Notes: generated by a model not told the origin, from the letters alone. Shown: positions 1 to 10,724, counted from the stretch's first letter. The stretch is 64,000 bases of DNA from Candidatus Poribacteria bacterium (GCA_965222225.1 CBDCTK010000002.1:4000001-4064000); one strand, 5' to 3'. Program-made: numbers and translations.

Positions 1-1
1 A

Positions 2-829
2 GAGGTACTCTCAAAATTTGATACCGACTCGTTTGACCTGATCGTTACCTCGCCGCCGTATGCCGACAGACGCTCAAAAACGTACGGCGGAATCAAACCG
101 GATCAGTATGTCGAGTGGTTCTTGCCTCGAGCCGCGGAGTTCCTGAGGGTATTAAAGCCGTCCGGCACCTTCATCTTGAACATCAAGGAGAAAGCCGTTA
201 ACGGCGAACGCCATACCTACGTTATTGAGTTGATACTTGAGATGAAAAAGCAGGGCTGGTTGTGGACGGAGGAATTCGTTTGGCACAAGAAGAATTGCTA
301 TCCGGGAAAATGGCCAAATCGGTTCAGAGATGCTTGGGAAAGGTGCATACAATTCAATAAGACCAAAGAGTTCAATATGTACCAAGAGGCAGTAATGGTG
401 CCGATGGGAGATTGGGCGGAAAAAAGACTGAAGCATCTCAGCGAAGTCGATCAGAGTCGGGATACGTCGAAAGTCGGGAGCGGTTTCGGCAAGAACGTTT
501 CAAATTGGGTTGACAGGAAGATGGCTTACCCGACAAACGTGCTGCACTTGGCGACAGAAACGGGCAATCGAAATCACAGCGCGGTTTTTCCCAAATCGTT
601 GCCTGAATGGTTTATCAAACTCTTTACGAAGGAAGACGATTGGGTGCTTGACCCGTTTGCGGGCGCTGGCACGACGTGTCAGGTCGCTCAGACATTGTTA
701 AGAAATTCTACCGGTATTGAGATTTTGCCCCAATACTACCAATTAGCTAAAGACAATATCAAACCGACACAATACCTGTTATTTGAAGAGACCCAAGATG
801 AAACCCATTACACAACAGGAAATCGTTGA
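2..829 (+). CDS. Site-specific DNA methyltransferase (N4-C/N6-A class), 5'-truncated by the window edge
   Basis: Frame is open from base 2 (EVLSKFDTDSFDLIVTSPPY). Catalytic SPPY comes before the SAM-binding DPFAGAGTT (beta order). Overlaps the downstream endonuclease. Confidence 0.92.
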   Translation, partial: EVLSKFDTDSFDLIVTSPPYADRRSKTYGGIKPDQYVEWFLPRAAEFLRVLKPSGTFILNIKEKAVNGERHTYVIELILEMKKQGWLWTEEFVWHKKNCYPGKWPNRFRDAWERCIQFNKTKEFNMYQEAVMVPMGDWAEKRLKHLSEVDQSRDTSKVGSGFGKNVSNWVDRKMAYPTNVLHLATETGNRNHSAVFPKSLPEWFIKLFTKEDDWVLDPFAGAGTTCQVAQTLLRNSTGIEILPQYYQLAKDNIKPTQYLLFEETQDETHYTTGNR

Positions 830-1532
830 CTACGTTGAGGCGAACATTCAGACGTTTCACCGGAGAAGGTTAGATAAACTTCAAGAATTGAAGTTGATGG
901 ATGTCGTCAAACGGAAAAACCCCTATCTATTCAAAGCGAAAAACATTAACGCGGCGTCGGAATATGTGAAGACGATCCTAGACGCTTTTCTATCTTCGCA
1001 AGAAGAGGGGATTTTTGGCGGGTTTCTGGAAGAACTTGCGGTTTTCATTTGTGCACAGGTATATGGTGGTCGGAAGTCCTCTGCAGTGGGGATTGATTTA
1101 GAATTTGAGAAAGACGATAAAAGGTACATTGTATCAATCAAATCCGGCCCCAATTGGGGAAACAGCAGCCAAATCGCCAAGATGCTGGATAATTTCGGGA
1201 AGGCAAAACGGATCCTCAGAACAAATACATCATTGATTAACGTTATCGCTGTCAATGGCTGTTGCTACGGGAAAAATCAGGTTCAGGATAAGGGCGACTA
1301 TTTGAAGTTGTGCGGACAGCGGTTCTGGGAATTCATCTCGGGAGATGACAACCTATACACCGACATCATTGAACCCCTTGGGCATCGAGCCAAAGAGAAA
1401 AATGAGCAGTTTGGTCAAGAGTATGACAAAGTCCTCAACAGGTTTACGGGCGAATTCATCACGGCATTCTGCGACGCTGACGGCAGCATTCGCTGGGAAG
1501 ATATTGTCAAGATGAATTCAGCATCAGCGTGA
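798..1532 (+). CDS. Type II restriction endonuclease, PmeII-like
   Basis: KRKNPYLF, GIDLEF and SIKSGPNWGNSSQI motifs (PD-(D/E)xK-like). Overlaps the methyltransferase 3' end. Confidence 0.8.
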   Translation: MKPITQQEIVDYVEANIQTFHRRRLDKLQELKLMDVVKRKNPYLFKAKNINAASEYVKTILDAFLSSQEEGIFGGFLEELAVFICAQVYGGRKSSAVGIDLEFEKDDKRYIVSIKSGPNWGNSSQIAKMLDNFGKAKRILRTNTSLINVIAVNGCCYGKNQVQDKGDYLKLCGQRFWEFISGDDNLYTDIIEPLGHRAKEKNEQFGQEYDKVLNRFTGEFITAFCDADGSIRWEDIVKMNSASA

Positions 1533-1698
1533 TTAGGTGAACTTACCCCAAAAACTAGCAGGTTAAATCAGATGAATTTCCGACTGGCATATTAATAATC
1601 ACTTAGGCGACAATATGGCTCAGGAACGCCAAGTAGAAGAAAGAGGGACATCTGATCCATTAGACAACATAATTTAGAAAGGTACTTCGAGCGAAATC

Positions 1699-1896
1699 AT
1701 GGCAAATCAGCACGCGGACTCTACACGAACCGAAGATAAATACAAATCCTTGCCCTGCTACAACGAAGAAGACATCCTTTACTGGAATATTGCAATTGAA
1801 AAACCGCCACCTCGTCCATCCGGCACCATACATGTTAAGCTAAAATACAAAGGACGCAGTAAACCAATTCCTGTCGACGACTTTTGGGAAGAATAA
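1699..1896 (+). CDS. Small hypothetical protein
   Basis: 65-aa ATG ORF downstream of the R-M pair. No motif recognised. Confidence 0.5.
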   Translation: MANQHADSTRTEDKYKSLPCYNEEDILYWNIAIEKPPPRPSGTIHVKLKYKGRSKPIPVDDFWEE

Positions 1897-2152
1897 CATC
1901 CCAGTCACCTCCAAAAGAGAAAACGATGCGGCTTGCTCCTCAATTCCAACGTCAAGAATCGGAGGAGGGTTTGAAGCGCGTCCGCTCCTTCCGAGCCGAA
2001 ATCTGTGTAATCCGAGTAATCCGTTTAATCCGTGATTCAGACAATTACCAAAAAGCCTGGCGTGACATCTTCAATTGCCATTTCCACGATTCCTTTTCTT
2101 TGGTCTTTTCTAGCCACTGACCACCGGACGCCCACCACTGACTGTTTACCCC

Positions 2153-2180
2153 TTGACCAACCCCCTGAAATTGCTATAAT
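2153..2180 (+). promoter_or_regulatory. Sigma70-type promoter
   Basis: TTGACC-16 nt-TATAAT with an extended -10 TG, upstream of the 2315 gene. Confidence 0.6.
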
Positions 2181-2314
2181 ATCAACATCTCTTTCGGTAG
2201 TCGACATGTACAATTCTCAAATTGCGGCGGTATATTGAGCATGATTTTTAGCTGAACTCCCGTCCCGAATATGAGGGCCCATTACAATAACCCCACCACC
2301 CCACCAGACATCTT

Positions 2315-4231
2315 GTGCAACCTAGCCCCCCTACAACCCCTCCACACATCGGCGCGTCATGGCGAGCTATCATCGTTGGCGCGCTGCTGATCATTCCAAA
2401 CGTATACTGGGTTACAGATTCGGCAGAGCAGGGCGATCCGACCACGGTCTCACTATACTTTAATGTCGTATTCTGCATTTTCATCATCACTTGCCTAAAC
2501 GCTCTACTTGCGCGAATCCACTCGGCCGTGGCGCTCAAACCGGGCGAACTGGTGACCATCTATGCGATGTTGGCGATCGCCTCGTCGCTGGCGGGGCACG
2601 ATCTGCTTAGCGGCTTAATCCCGATGATTCCCCACCCCTTCTGGTATGCCACGCCAGAAAATGACTGGGCGGCGCTGTTTCACCGCCACATCCCGGATTG
2701 GCTCGCCGTTAAAGACAAAGCGTTCTTAACGGACTATTACCGCGGGGAATCCAGTTTTTATCATTGGGAGGTGATACGGGGATGGCTGATAACAACAATC
2801 ACGTGGGGGAGTTTCGTATGCGTCCTGTTATTCCTGATGGTTTGCATCAACAGCATAATTCGAAGGCAGTGGATTGAAACCGAGAAACTTTCGTACCCGA
2901 TCATTCAACTCCCGCTCGCGCTTTCAACGGGACGAGAAACCTCAAGTATCCTAACCAGTAGAATGTTGTGGATTGGGTTTTGTACCGCTGGCGCGGTTGA
3001 CCTTCTCAATGGTCTGCATTTTCTCTATCCCGCGTTGCCCTCTTTGGGCGGGAAAGTGTATGACATCGGCACGCTGTTCACCGAAAAACCGTGGAGCGCA
3101 ATCGGCTGGACACCCGTGGCGGTTTATCCATTTGCCGTTGGATTGGCATCCTTTATTCCGTTGGATCTTTCGTTCTCCTGTTGGTTCTTTTATCTCTTTT
3201 GGAAAGTGGTCATAGTCTACGATGACGCGGCGAAGATGCTGCCGAATAATGCACTTACTTACCAAACCTTCGGGACGTGCATAGGACTCGCCATGATTGC
3301 GCTTTATGTGACCCGACGACATCTCGCGCTAGCGATACGGAAGGCTGTTACAAATGACAGTTCGCTTGATGATTCAAATGAACCGATGTCGTACCGCACC
3401 GCGACACTCGGAACCGTTGCGGGGATGCTATTTATCATGCTGTTCTGCAACGCCGCGGGAATGTCGATTTGGGTGGTGATGGTGTTCTTTGGCACCTACT
3501 ACGCCATCTCGATAGCCGTGACCCGCATGAGGGCGGAGCTCGGCGCCCCGGTACACGAACTGCTTTATATTGGCCCCGACGAGATTATGCCCGCCATGTT
3601 CGGCGCCCGCGCACTCGGTCCCCAAAACTTGACCATCTCCGCCTTCTTCTATTCCTTCAATCGTGCGTACCGTGGCCACCCCATGCCGCATCAACTCGAG
3701 GGGTTCAAACTTGCCGAACGAACCGGAACAAACAACCGTCGCTTACTAATCGCGATGCTCATTGCAATTGTTGCAGGGACGCTTGCCACATTCTGGGCGT
3801 TCTACCATATCTCTTATATCAAGGGCGTCGAAGGCTTACGGGACTGGTTGGCATACGACACCTTTCATCGCCTCGAAAGCTGGCTGGGTTGGCCCTACCA
3901 ACAATTCGCCGATTTCCCCGCGATAATTGCGATGGTGCTCGGTTTCATCAGTACCTTGTTCCTGATGTTTATGCGAATGCGTTTCTTATGGTGGCCCTTT
4001 CATCCCGCAGGCTACGTCATGTCCTACAGTCGGTCAATGGATGTGTTATGGTTCTCAATCCTCATTAGTTCCGGTATCAAATGGATTCTTTTGAAGCATG
4101 GAGGCAGGAGAACATACCGAAAACTGATTCCATTTTTTCTAGGGCTGATATTGGGCGAGTTCGTCATTGGAAGCCTGTGGAGCCTTATCGGAATTATCGT
4201 GCAACGTCCGATGTACCGATTTCTTTACTGA
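2315..4231 (+). CDS. Polytopic membrane protein, putative transporter (DUF6785/DUF6784-like)
   Basis: 638 aa with many hydrophobic segments. RRQW..EKLSYPI..LP, PLDLSFS.WFF, R.RAE.G and WWPFHPAGY motifs are typical of this family. Confidence 0.8.
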   Translation: MQPSPPTTPPHIGASWRAIIVGALLIIPNVYWVTDSAEQGDPTTVSLYFNVVFCIFIITCLNALLARIHSAVALKPGELVTIYAMLAIASSLAGHDLLSGLIPMIPHPFWYATPENDWAALFHRHIPDWLAVKDKAFLTDYYRGESSFYHWEVIRGWLITTITWGSFVCVLLFLMVCINSIIRRQWIETEKLSYPIIQLPLALSTGRETSSILTSRMLWIGFCTAGAVDLLNGLHFLYPALPSLGGKVYDIGTLFTEKPWSAIGWTPVAVYPFAVGLASFIPLDLSFSCWFFYLFWKVVIVYDDAAKMLPNNALTYQTFGTCIGLAMIALYVTRRHLALAIRKAVTNDSSLDDSNEPMSYRTATLGTVAGMLFIMLFCNAAGMSIWVVMVFFGTYYAISIAVTRMRAELGAPVHELLYIGPDEIMPAMFGARALGPQNLTISAFFYSFNRAYRGHPMPHQLEGFKLAERTGTNNRRLLIAMLIAIVAGTLATFWAFYHISYIKGVEGLRDWLAYDTFHRLESWLGWPYQQFADFPAIIAMVLGFISTLFLMFMRMRFLWWPFHPAGYVMSYSRSMDVLWFSILISSGIKWILLKHGGRRTYRKLIPFFLGLILGEFVIGSLWSLIGIIVQRPMYRFLY

Positions 4232-4665
4232 TGCAATGAAACTCGACGGCAGGACATGGGACATAGCCAACCGTGTTGTTCAGGGGACAGATTGGCATTT
4301 TTCGCTTGCCTGCACCACGCTCTCTATTATATACTCTGTGCTCAACATGAGGTGGATACCTAGCCAACAGGTTAGTTGTGCACTCGTTCTTGACGTCAGC
4401 CTACAGCCATGGCAATCTTCCAGCCCATTTACCTACGTTAGATGGACTTGGTACATTTGTAGGGTGGCACTGCCCACCAGCCTCTAATATCCCCGGAGCG
4501 AGATTAAGCGACGAATAAATCAACCGAGCGAATAACAAGGGATCAACTGACTGGATAAGGAAGGCGATAGAAAATCCTGATAGAAATCCTCAAGGTGTAT
4601 AGCAACACAATCGATCGGGAGTGGCTTTGCTACATATATTTCAACTAGGCTCGTGAGAATCTAAC

Positions 4666-5520
4666 ATGGTACTCAAAAAAGCAAATTTCATTCTCAGCGC
4701 CGTATTATTCCTAGTCGTTGGAGTTTCAACAACGCTCGGTTATGTCCCCGACCCCCAGCTCTGGTTCGACGCAAGTGACAATCCTGATCATCCGGAGGCG
4801 TGGACAAACCTTGGCACCGCCGGAGGAAAGTTAGTCGCTAGCGCCAAGGGCGTCCCCGTGCTTGAACCGCATGCCGGACCGGATGGTGGTCCCGCTTATA
4901 CAGCCAAAAAGGAGGGGCAAAGCTACGGAAAAAATGCGTGGGGATTACTCCACCCCGACATCACGCCCGCGCCACGAATTGAGAATTGGACAATTGAAGT
5001 CTGGTTGAAACGTGAAGGCCCCGCATTCGACAATGCTGAGCACCAGATTCTCGGCATTATGGATACCCCGCCGTGGCCCAGGCAAGCCGTTCTTTTCTTC
5101 TTCGAACAACCCAACAATAACAGAATTTTCTTGGCAGTTATCGGAAGGGAGCCGGTCAACGACGATCAGCGCGTTGTCACCAACATTGACGTAGGCTTAA
5201 AGGAATGGCATCAGATAGCCTTCACATACGACAACGATCGAGGTGAGCTTCAATCCTTTATTGACGGCAAACAGGTCGGACGTTCAACAAAATTTCGGCA
5301 GAAGTTCAGCCCGGAGAGCGAAATGAAGAATAACTCCATATTCACCACCGAATTTGGGAAGCGTGCGCTAAACGGCTCGATTAGTCTTGTCAGAATGTAC
5401 GACCGGCAGTTGAGCGAAGAGGAAATCCACGAGAACTTTGTACAACCCAGGATACCCCAAGCTGTCTCGTTGAGCGGAAAACTGGCAACAATCTGGGGAA
5501 GCGTCAAGGCGGCCCCATAG
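4666..5520 (+). CDS. Secreted LamG/ConA-like jelly-roll protein with C-terminal GKLATIWG tail
   Basis: Signal peptide. WTIEVW, WHQIAFTYD, FIDG and SLVRMYDRQLS are LamG motifs. Tail is AVSLSGKLATIWGSVK. Confidence 0.85.
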   Translation: MVLKKANFILSAVLFLVVGVSTTLGYVPDPQLWFDASDNPDHPEAWTNLGTAGGKLVASAKGVPVLEPHAGPDGGPAYTAKKEGQSYGKNAWGLLHPDITPAPRIENWTIEVWLKREGPAFDNAEHQILGIMDTPPWPRQAVLFFFEQPNNNRIFLAVIGREPVNDDQRVVTNIDVGLKEWHQIAFTYDNDRGELQSFIDGKQVGRSTKFRQKFSPESEMKNNSIFTTEFGKRALNGSISLVRMYDRQLSEEEIHENFVQPRIPQAVSLSGKLATIWGSVKAAP

Positions 5521-5773
5521 CACCATTTGTCTGTGATTTGGAAACATAACTCACCGGTTCTATCGTATGCGTGTTTCAACAAGCTAACGCATGAAAGGAG
5601 GTAGAATCAAGCAGATAGTTTTTAGGTCTACGAGCCTGAAACACCCGCCCGCATGTAAGCGGTACGGATAGTTATTTTCAACCTTTTTCAATAATTCAAC
5701 CTTCCACTCATCTGCAAAGAGAAGCGGATAAAATTTATAACTCAATACTGTGATTGAAACTAGCAGGAAAAAA

Positions 5774-6613
5774 ATGAGAAGAGTGGTCGCAATGTGTTGC
5801 ATGGTCTTTTTCATGACAGTTACTTGCATTATCGGGGTCAGTCAGGCGGATATGGTAATAGATCTTGATGCCTCCAATAACCCGGACCATCCAAACGCTT
5901 GGACAAACTTGGGTACCGCTGGCGGTGCCTTTCTGGGGAACGACGACCCCCCCGCGCTTGAAGAGGGCACAATCGAAATCCCGGCGCTCGGGTACGTTCA
6001 GCCAAACGCGAAATACTACACCGCGAAGGCAACCCGTCAAATTTGGGGCGGCCCCGTGGGCGCGAATCCGGAAGTGAAGGTGACGCACTGGAGTTTTGAG
6101 TTCATCGTTAAGCGCAACGGCGAAGGGTTTGACCCGGAGCATCAGTTTTTTGGATTCCATAGCTCCGAGCCGCTATGGGGCGGTACCTATATGTCCATAT
6201 CCGATGGTAGCACACTCTGGTTTGCGCATCCGCCCCCCCATGTCGGACCGGCGGTGGAGGATGTAGAGGAATGGTGGCGCGGTTCTGAAGATTACGGACT
6301 CAGGCTCAATCAAGGCGAGTGGACCTGGATCGTGATTACAAGCAATGAGGATACCTTCCGAGTCTATCAAGATGGTGTGGAAATTGCCAAAGACACCCCT
6401 CTTCCCTTCGACGGCGATAACGCTATAGATGACATCGCCATAGGCGCGGGAATGTATGAGGAACGCGCGCGCAACTTCAACGGCTCATTTTCCTTGGTTC
6501 GAGTTTATAACCGGGCGCTGAGCGCGGATGAGGTTCAGCTTGGGCCTGCCACTGCCGTGGAATCCGTCGGCAAGTTAACGACGACCTGGGGCAAAGTCAA
6601 GGCGACCTATTAG
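5774..6613 (+). CDS. Secreted LamG-like protein, paralog of 4666..5520
   Basis: Shares DAS.NPDHP.AWTNLGTAGG and NGS.SLVR.Y.R.LS with the upstream gene. Tail is AVESVGKLTTTWGKVK. Confidence 0.85.
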   Translation: MRRVVAMCCMVFFMTVTCIIGVSQADMVIDLDASNNPDHPNAWTNLGTAGGAFLGNDDPPALEEGTIEIPALGYVQPNAKYYTAKATRQIWGGPVGANPEVKVTHWSFEFIVKRNGEGFDPEHQFFGFHSSEPLWGGTYMSISDGSTLWFAHPPPHVGPAVEDVEEWWRGSEDYGLRLNQGEWTWIVITSNEDTFRVYQDGVEIAKDTPLPFDGDNAIDDIAIGAGMYEERARNFNGSFSLVRVYNRALSADEVQLGPATAVESVGKLTTTWGKVKATY

Positions 6614-6948
6614 AACCGGTTTGAAAAGTCATTTTGAGTAGAATCATGGGTCTCGAAACCGAGTGTTTTCTTCAAAACTAGGTTTCTTTCTCGCACAATC
6701 CTGTAGGGTGCGATCAACCGAGTGGATAACGAGGGCGATAGTGATGCCCTCCCCGCCCAATAGGGACTAAGTTAAGGGTTTTTCGACGGAAAACCCCACA
6801 AATACCAGACGAACTCTCTTAGGTTGATCCTTACGGGGGACGGCGCCTGTGTCGTCCCATTATTAGCTAACCAAGGTGACAATAGAGAAACTCAAATTGG
6901 CGGCTTGCGACACGGTAAAACTACGTAAAAGAGATTAATCATACACTC

Positions 6949-7486
6949 ATGCCTATAGATTCCACTCCTCCAAGTGATTCATCCCAACTAAAACAGACAG
7001 ATGTTTTCATCCGCGGACAAGACGGTTCGCATACCTATCGCATTCCGTCCGTCGCCGTTGCGCCCGATGGGGGGGCTGCTTGCGTTTTGCGAGGCGCGAA
7101 GGACGACCGGTTCCGATACCGGCGACATTGACCTTGTCCTAAAGCGCAGTGCGGATGGTGGCGCCACATGGGGCGATGTGCGAAAAGATCAAGCGCTCAT
7201 CGATCCGCGCTGCCAAGCGAGTATATTCCGTCACACGAGTGGAAATGCGATACTCTTTTCCAATCCGGCGAACACGGTTCGCGACCATATGACCGTCCGC
7301 GTGAGTTACGACGAGGGAAAGACTTGGGCCACCTCCAAAATGCTGCATCCCGGTCCGTCCGCCTACTCCTGTCTAACGGTCTTGCCGGATAACAGTATCG
7401 GATGTTTCTACGAGCGTGGGGAGGAGCAGCCCCGCGAGAAGATTACGTTTGCGCGATTCTCGCTAGAATGGTTGTCGGAGGGGTAA
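6949..7486 (+). pseudogene. Sialidase (GH33/BNR) remnant, frameshifted and internally deleted
   Basis: YRIPS motif in one frame, a shift at the G7 run near 7069-7075, then LLAFCEAR, Asp-boxes SADGGATW and SYDEGKTW, and AYSCL/FYERG. Only about 178 aa even when the frame is restored. Confidence 0.8.
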
Positions 7487-7777
7487 GCCTCCGTATAGTG
7501 GGCGGATTTCCTGTACGGTGCGCACTGCGCACCAGCCTCTACAAACTCCAGAGGAACAACCAATGTGTAGAAACGTTGAGCACCAACACACGTAAGCCTA
7601 GCCCACAACAGGTATAGTGTAAGAGAAAAAGACATTTAGATATGTATTTCGGTTGGTAGCAGTTCGGTTCTTATGGCATCGGCAACGTATTTTCCGGTGC
7701 TGGATTTAAACAACTGATTGAGCCCAAGAGGCAACGTGGCACAAGTTACTCAGCCCCGAATGTGAGAAATTAACACC

Positions 7778-9184
7778 ATGAAAGGATCCATTACTTGGAC
7801 AACCCGACTGTTTATCATAAACCCAATACTTGCCTTCGGATTTCTTTGGCTTTGCCCGATAGGAGCAGATTGCGAAAATCAAAATCGTTTCACCTTTGGG
7901 TCAACCATATCTGAGGTTGTTGCTGCACAAGGAGAACCGGACTCTGTTGTTGTTAACTCTTTCCAACTCGATCATCATTCTAAAAAAGTGGACGCAAGTT
8001 TTACATACAATTACGGAAAATCTAAAGTGGACATCAATGTCGATGACGGGCGCGTTCACGGTTGGCGACACTATCGTGACAATCCGTTGAAAACTTCGTT
8101 CAGAAAGGATTATTTGTTGCTTCCTGAACATTTTGACACAGACAAGGATTATTTTACGCATAATGCAACAGAAGACGAAGTTATTGTAATACAGGGGAGA
8201 CCAGATTATATTGTTCGTTATAGATATAAGGTTTTAGGGGAAACTCATAGGTTTATATACGGGGATATAGACAGTGAAAGTGGTTCAGTCGTATTTGAAA
8301 AAGGAAGGGTTGTTGGTTGGGACATCAGAACCATTCCATTGAAAGTAAAGCTAGTTCCCAAGAAAAATACCGTTGAAAAAGATTACTTCACACTTGGATC
8401 CACTATGGACGAAGTGGCCGCCATACAAGGAACTCCAGATTATTACGATGGACGGACAGTAGTCCAATATGGTTCATCTAAATTACATTTGCGAAATGGA
8501 CGCGTTAGTGACTGGTGGAACTCGGACTCCAATCCGTTAAAGGTGAAGTTGCTTCCCAAGCGAAACGTAATCAACACGGATTCCTTCACACTTGAATCTA
8601 CGAAAGACGAAGTTCTCGCAGTACAAGGAACTCCAGATATGTTTGTTGGCCATGACACTTTCTATTACGGTTCATCTGATGAAGTGACACAACACTCCAA
8701 GGTATACTTTGAAAATGACCGCGTCATTGGATGGGGTAGCGAGACTTCCAATCCGTTAAAGACAAAACCGTTTTCTGGGGACTGTTTCACCATTGGTTCA
8801 ACCCAAGAGGAAGTCCTTGCTATACATGGAACACCAGATTACCAAGACGATTATACATTCTGGTACTCTGCTTCCCGCGTATCTTTCAACGATAACCGCG
8901 TTACAGGATGGTATAGCTTTCATACACGGCGATTGAAAGTAGAGCTTCTTCCCAATGAAAATACTGCTAACAGAGGTTATTTCACAATTGGATCGACGAT
9001 AGACGAAGTTCTTACTGTACAAGGAACGCCAGACGGTTACCGCATAGGAACACCGGATGACTCCGATAGAGGTAGGAGGTTCAGATACGATTTATCTGAA
9101 GTATATTTCCGAAACGGACGTGTTACTGAATGGGACAACAGCCCATACAGTCCTTTAAAGGTGAAAGAATCTCCCGATAACTAA
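7778..9184 (+). CDS. Exported protein with six tandem ~60-70 aa repeats (SmpA/BamE- or BLIP-like, tentative)
   Basis: Hydrophobic N-terminus. Six copies of FT.GST.DEV.A.QGTPD...Y..S.V.F.NGRV..W....PLKV. AT-richer than neighbouring genes. Confidence 0.75.
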   Translation: MKGSITWTTRLFIINPILAFGFLWLCPIGADCENQNRFTFGSTISEVVAAQGEPDSVVVNSFQLDHHSKKVDASFTYNYGKSKVDINVDDGRVHGWRHYRDNPLKTSFRKDYLLLPEHFDTDKDYFTHNATEDEVIVIQGRPDYIVRYRYKVLGETHRFIYGDIDSESGSVVFEKGRVVGWDIRTIPLKVKLVPKKNTVEKDYFTLGSTMDEVAAIQGTPDYYDGRTVVQYGSSKLHLRNGRVSDWWNSDSNPLKVKLLPKRNVINTDSFTLESTKDEVLAVQGTPDMFVGHDTFYYGSSDEVTQHSKVYFENDRVIGWGSETSNPLKTKPFSGDCFTIGSTQEEVLAIHGTPDYQDDYTFWYSASRVSFNDNRVTGWYSFHTRRLKVELLPNENTANRGYFTIGSTIDEVLTVQGTPDGYRIGTPDDSDRGRRFRYDLSEVYFRNGRVTEWDNSPYSPLKVKESPDN

Positions 9185-9321
9185 AACAATCATCCTTATA
9201 AGGTGGTAACATAATGGCGATGAATCGTCGGACTAAAAGACTATGGGCAATTCAATTGCGAAAGTTCTAAAGATAAAGAAAGCCTTCATCAAATAACTAA
9301 ACCAGACGCCGACAAAACCCT

Positions 9322-10344
9322 ATGAACACAAACATCGAAACAAACCGCCTCCGAATGGTTGTCGTCGGCTGCGGCCGCGGACAATCACACGCCCGCAGTA
9401 TGCTGGCGCTATCTGACAAGTTCGAACTGGTTGGATTGGTAGACATGGACGAGAAGCGGCTCAAAGCCACAATCGACAATCTTGGCCTGCCAGCAGACCT
9501 TGCCTACACCTCATTCGCCGAATCGTTGGAGAAGTCCGAGTGTGACGGCGTCGTGGTCGCAACGTGGGCGCGTAGCCATGACCCACTGGTTGAAGAGGCG
9601 ATCAAAGCCGGCAAACACATCATGGTGGAAAAGCCGTTCACGCTTGAGGTCGCCCCAGCCCGACGACTGACGGAGATGGCGGAGGCGCGCGGTCTGAAAA
9701 TCGTTGTCACCCAACAGTGGCGCTACATGCCGGGGAGACGCACGATTCGCCGCTTGATGACGGAGAAGGCTTACGGCGAACTCCAAACCGGGCACATGGT
9801 GACCTACAAAGCCCGCGGCGGCGAATATCCGGATTCCGAACATTCGCAACTTTGGCAGATGACCGTCCACGAGATTGACGCGCTAATCGCAATGGTGAAC
9901 CAGAATGTCGCGGAAGTGTACGGACATTCCTACCGTCCACCGGCAACCACGTGGCGCCGTGAATCCACCGCCACAGCCGAGATTACCTTCGAGAGCGGTG
10001 CACGCTTCGCGATCGTCTCCACGTCCGATGCACGTGCCGAGGGCAACGAGTTCCGCGCTGAATGCGAACGCGGCGCCATCGTCTTGCACTCTACGGGGGC
10101 TTTTGGTGGAGAGGAAACCTTGCTCGTCGGGACTGACCGCAGCGTTGGATTGCAGCCGCTAGAAATAGATCCCGGGCTATCCGATGATCAACTCGATCAA
10201 CACGTTGCCGTGACATTTGCCGATTGGGTAAACGGAGGACCCGAACCGGAGACTAGTGGCAGGAACAACCTGCATGTCTTGGCTATCCTGAATGCCCTCA
10301 TTGATTCGGGAGCGTCGGGAAGGCCGGTAAGAGTGGAAATTTAA
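9322..10344 (+). CDS. Gfo/Idh/MocA family oxidoreductase
   Basis: VVGCG Rossmann motif and GKHIMVEKP. Confidence 0.9.
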   Translation: MNTNIETNRLRMVVVGCGRGQSHARSMLALSDKFELVGLVDMDEKRLKATIDNLGLPADLAYTSFAESLEKSECDGVVVATWARSHDPLVEEAIKAGKHIMVEKPFTLEVAPARRLTEMAEARGLKIVVTQQWRYMPGRRTIRRLMTEKAYGELQTGHMVTYKARGGEYPDSEHSQLWQMTVHEIDALIAMVNQNVAEVYGHSYRPPATTWRRESTATAEITFESGARFAIVSTSDARAEGNEFRAECERGAIVLHSTGAFGGEETLLVGTDRSVGLQPLEIDPGLSDDQLDQHVAVTFADWVNGGPEPETSGRNNLHVLAILNALIDSGASGRPVRVEI

Positions 10345-10724
10345 GTGGGGTTTATCCATCCGCAACCGAGCCGGGATTAGCTGCGTGCCACTCTAAGCTC
10401 GACTTTGTACAAACGTACAACGGTTGGGTTGAACGGAAACCCGTACAACACCAAACCCTAGGCGTGGGCCAAGGGATAGAGATCCCGTTGCCCCGCATTG
10501 GAAAGATTTGATTAATGCTGTTAATGCACTTCAAAAATAGAGAAATGGTATTAATATCAGAAATCTGAACTCATGCCATGAGTTAGGCGGATTAGAAATC
10601 TGCCCTACAGTCAACCCACAAGCAATGATAACCCTTTTCTAATCCAATTCATACCCACACAAAGGAGAGGCGGCGTTCCTCCCAACATTAGGAACAGGTA
10701 TCAGGAATCGTCGCAACGGAGTTT

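Noticed and set aside
1999-2143. Short tandem 9-mer (TAATCCGxx) and 7-mer (CCACTGA-like) repeats as a functional array
   Set aside because: Only 3-4 degenerate units in intergenic DNA, with similar runs near 22745 and 61495. No supportable function.
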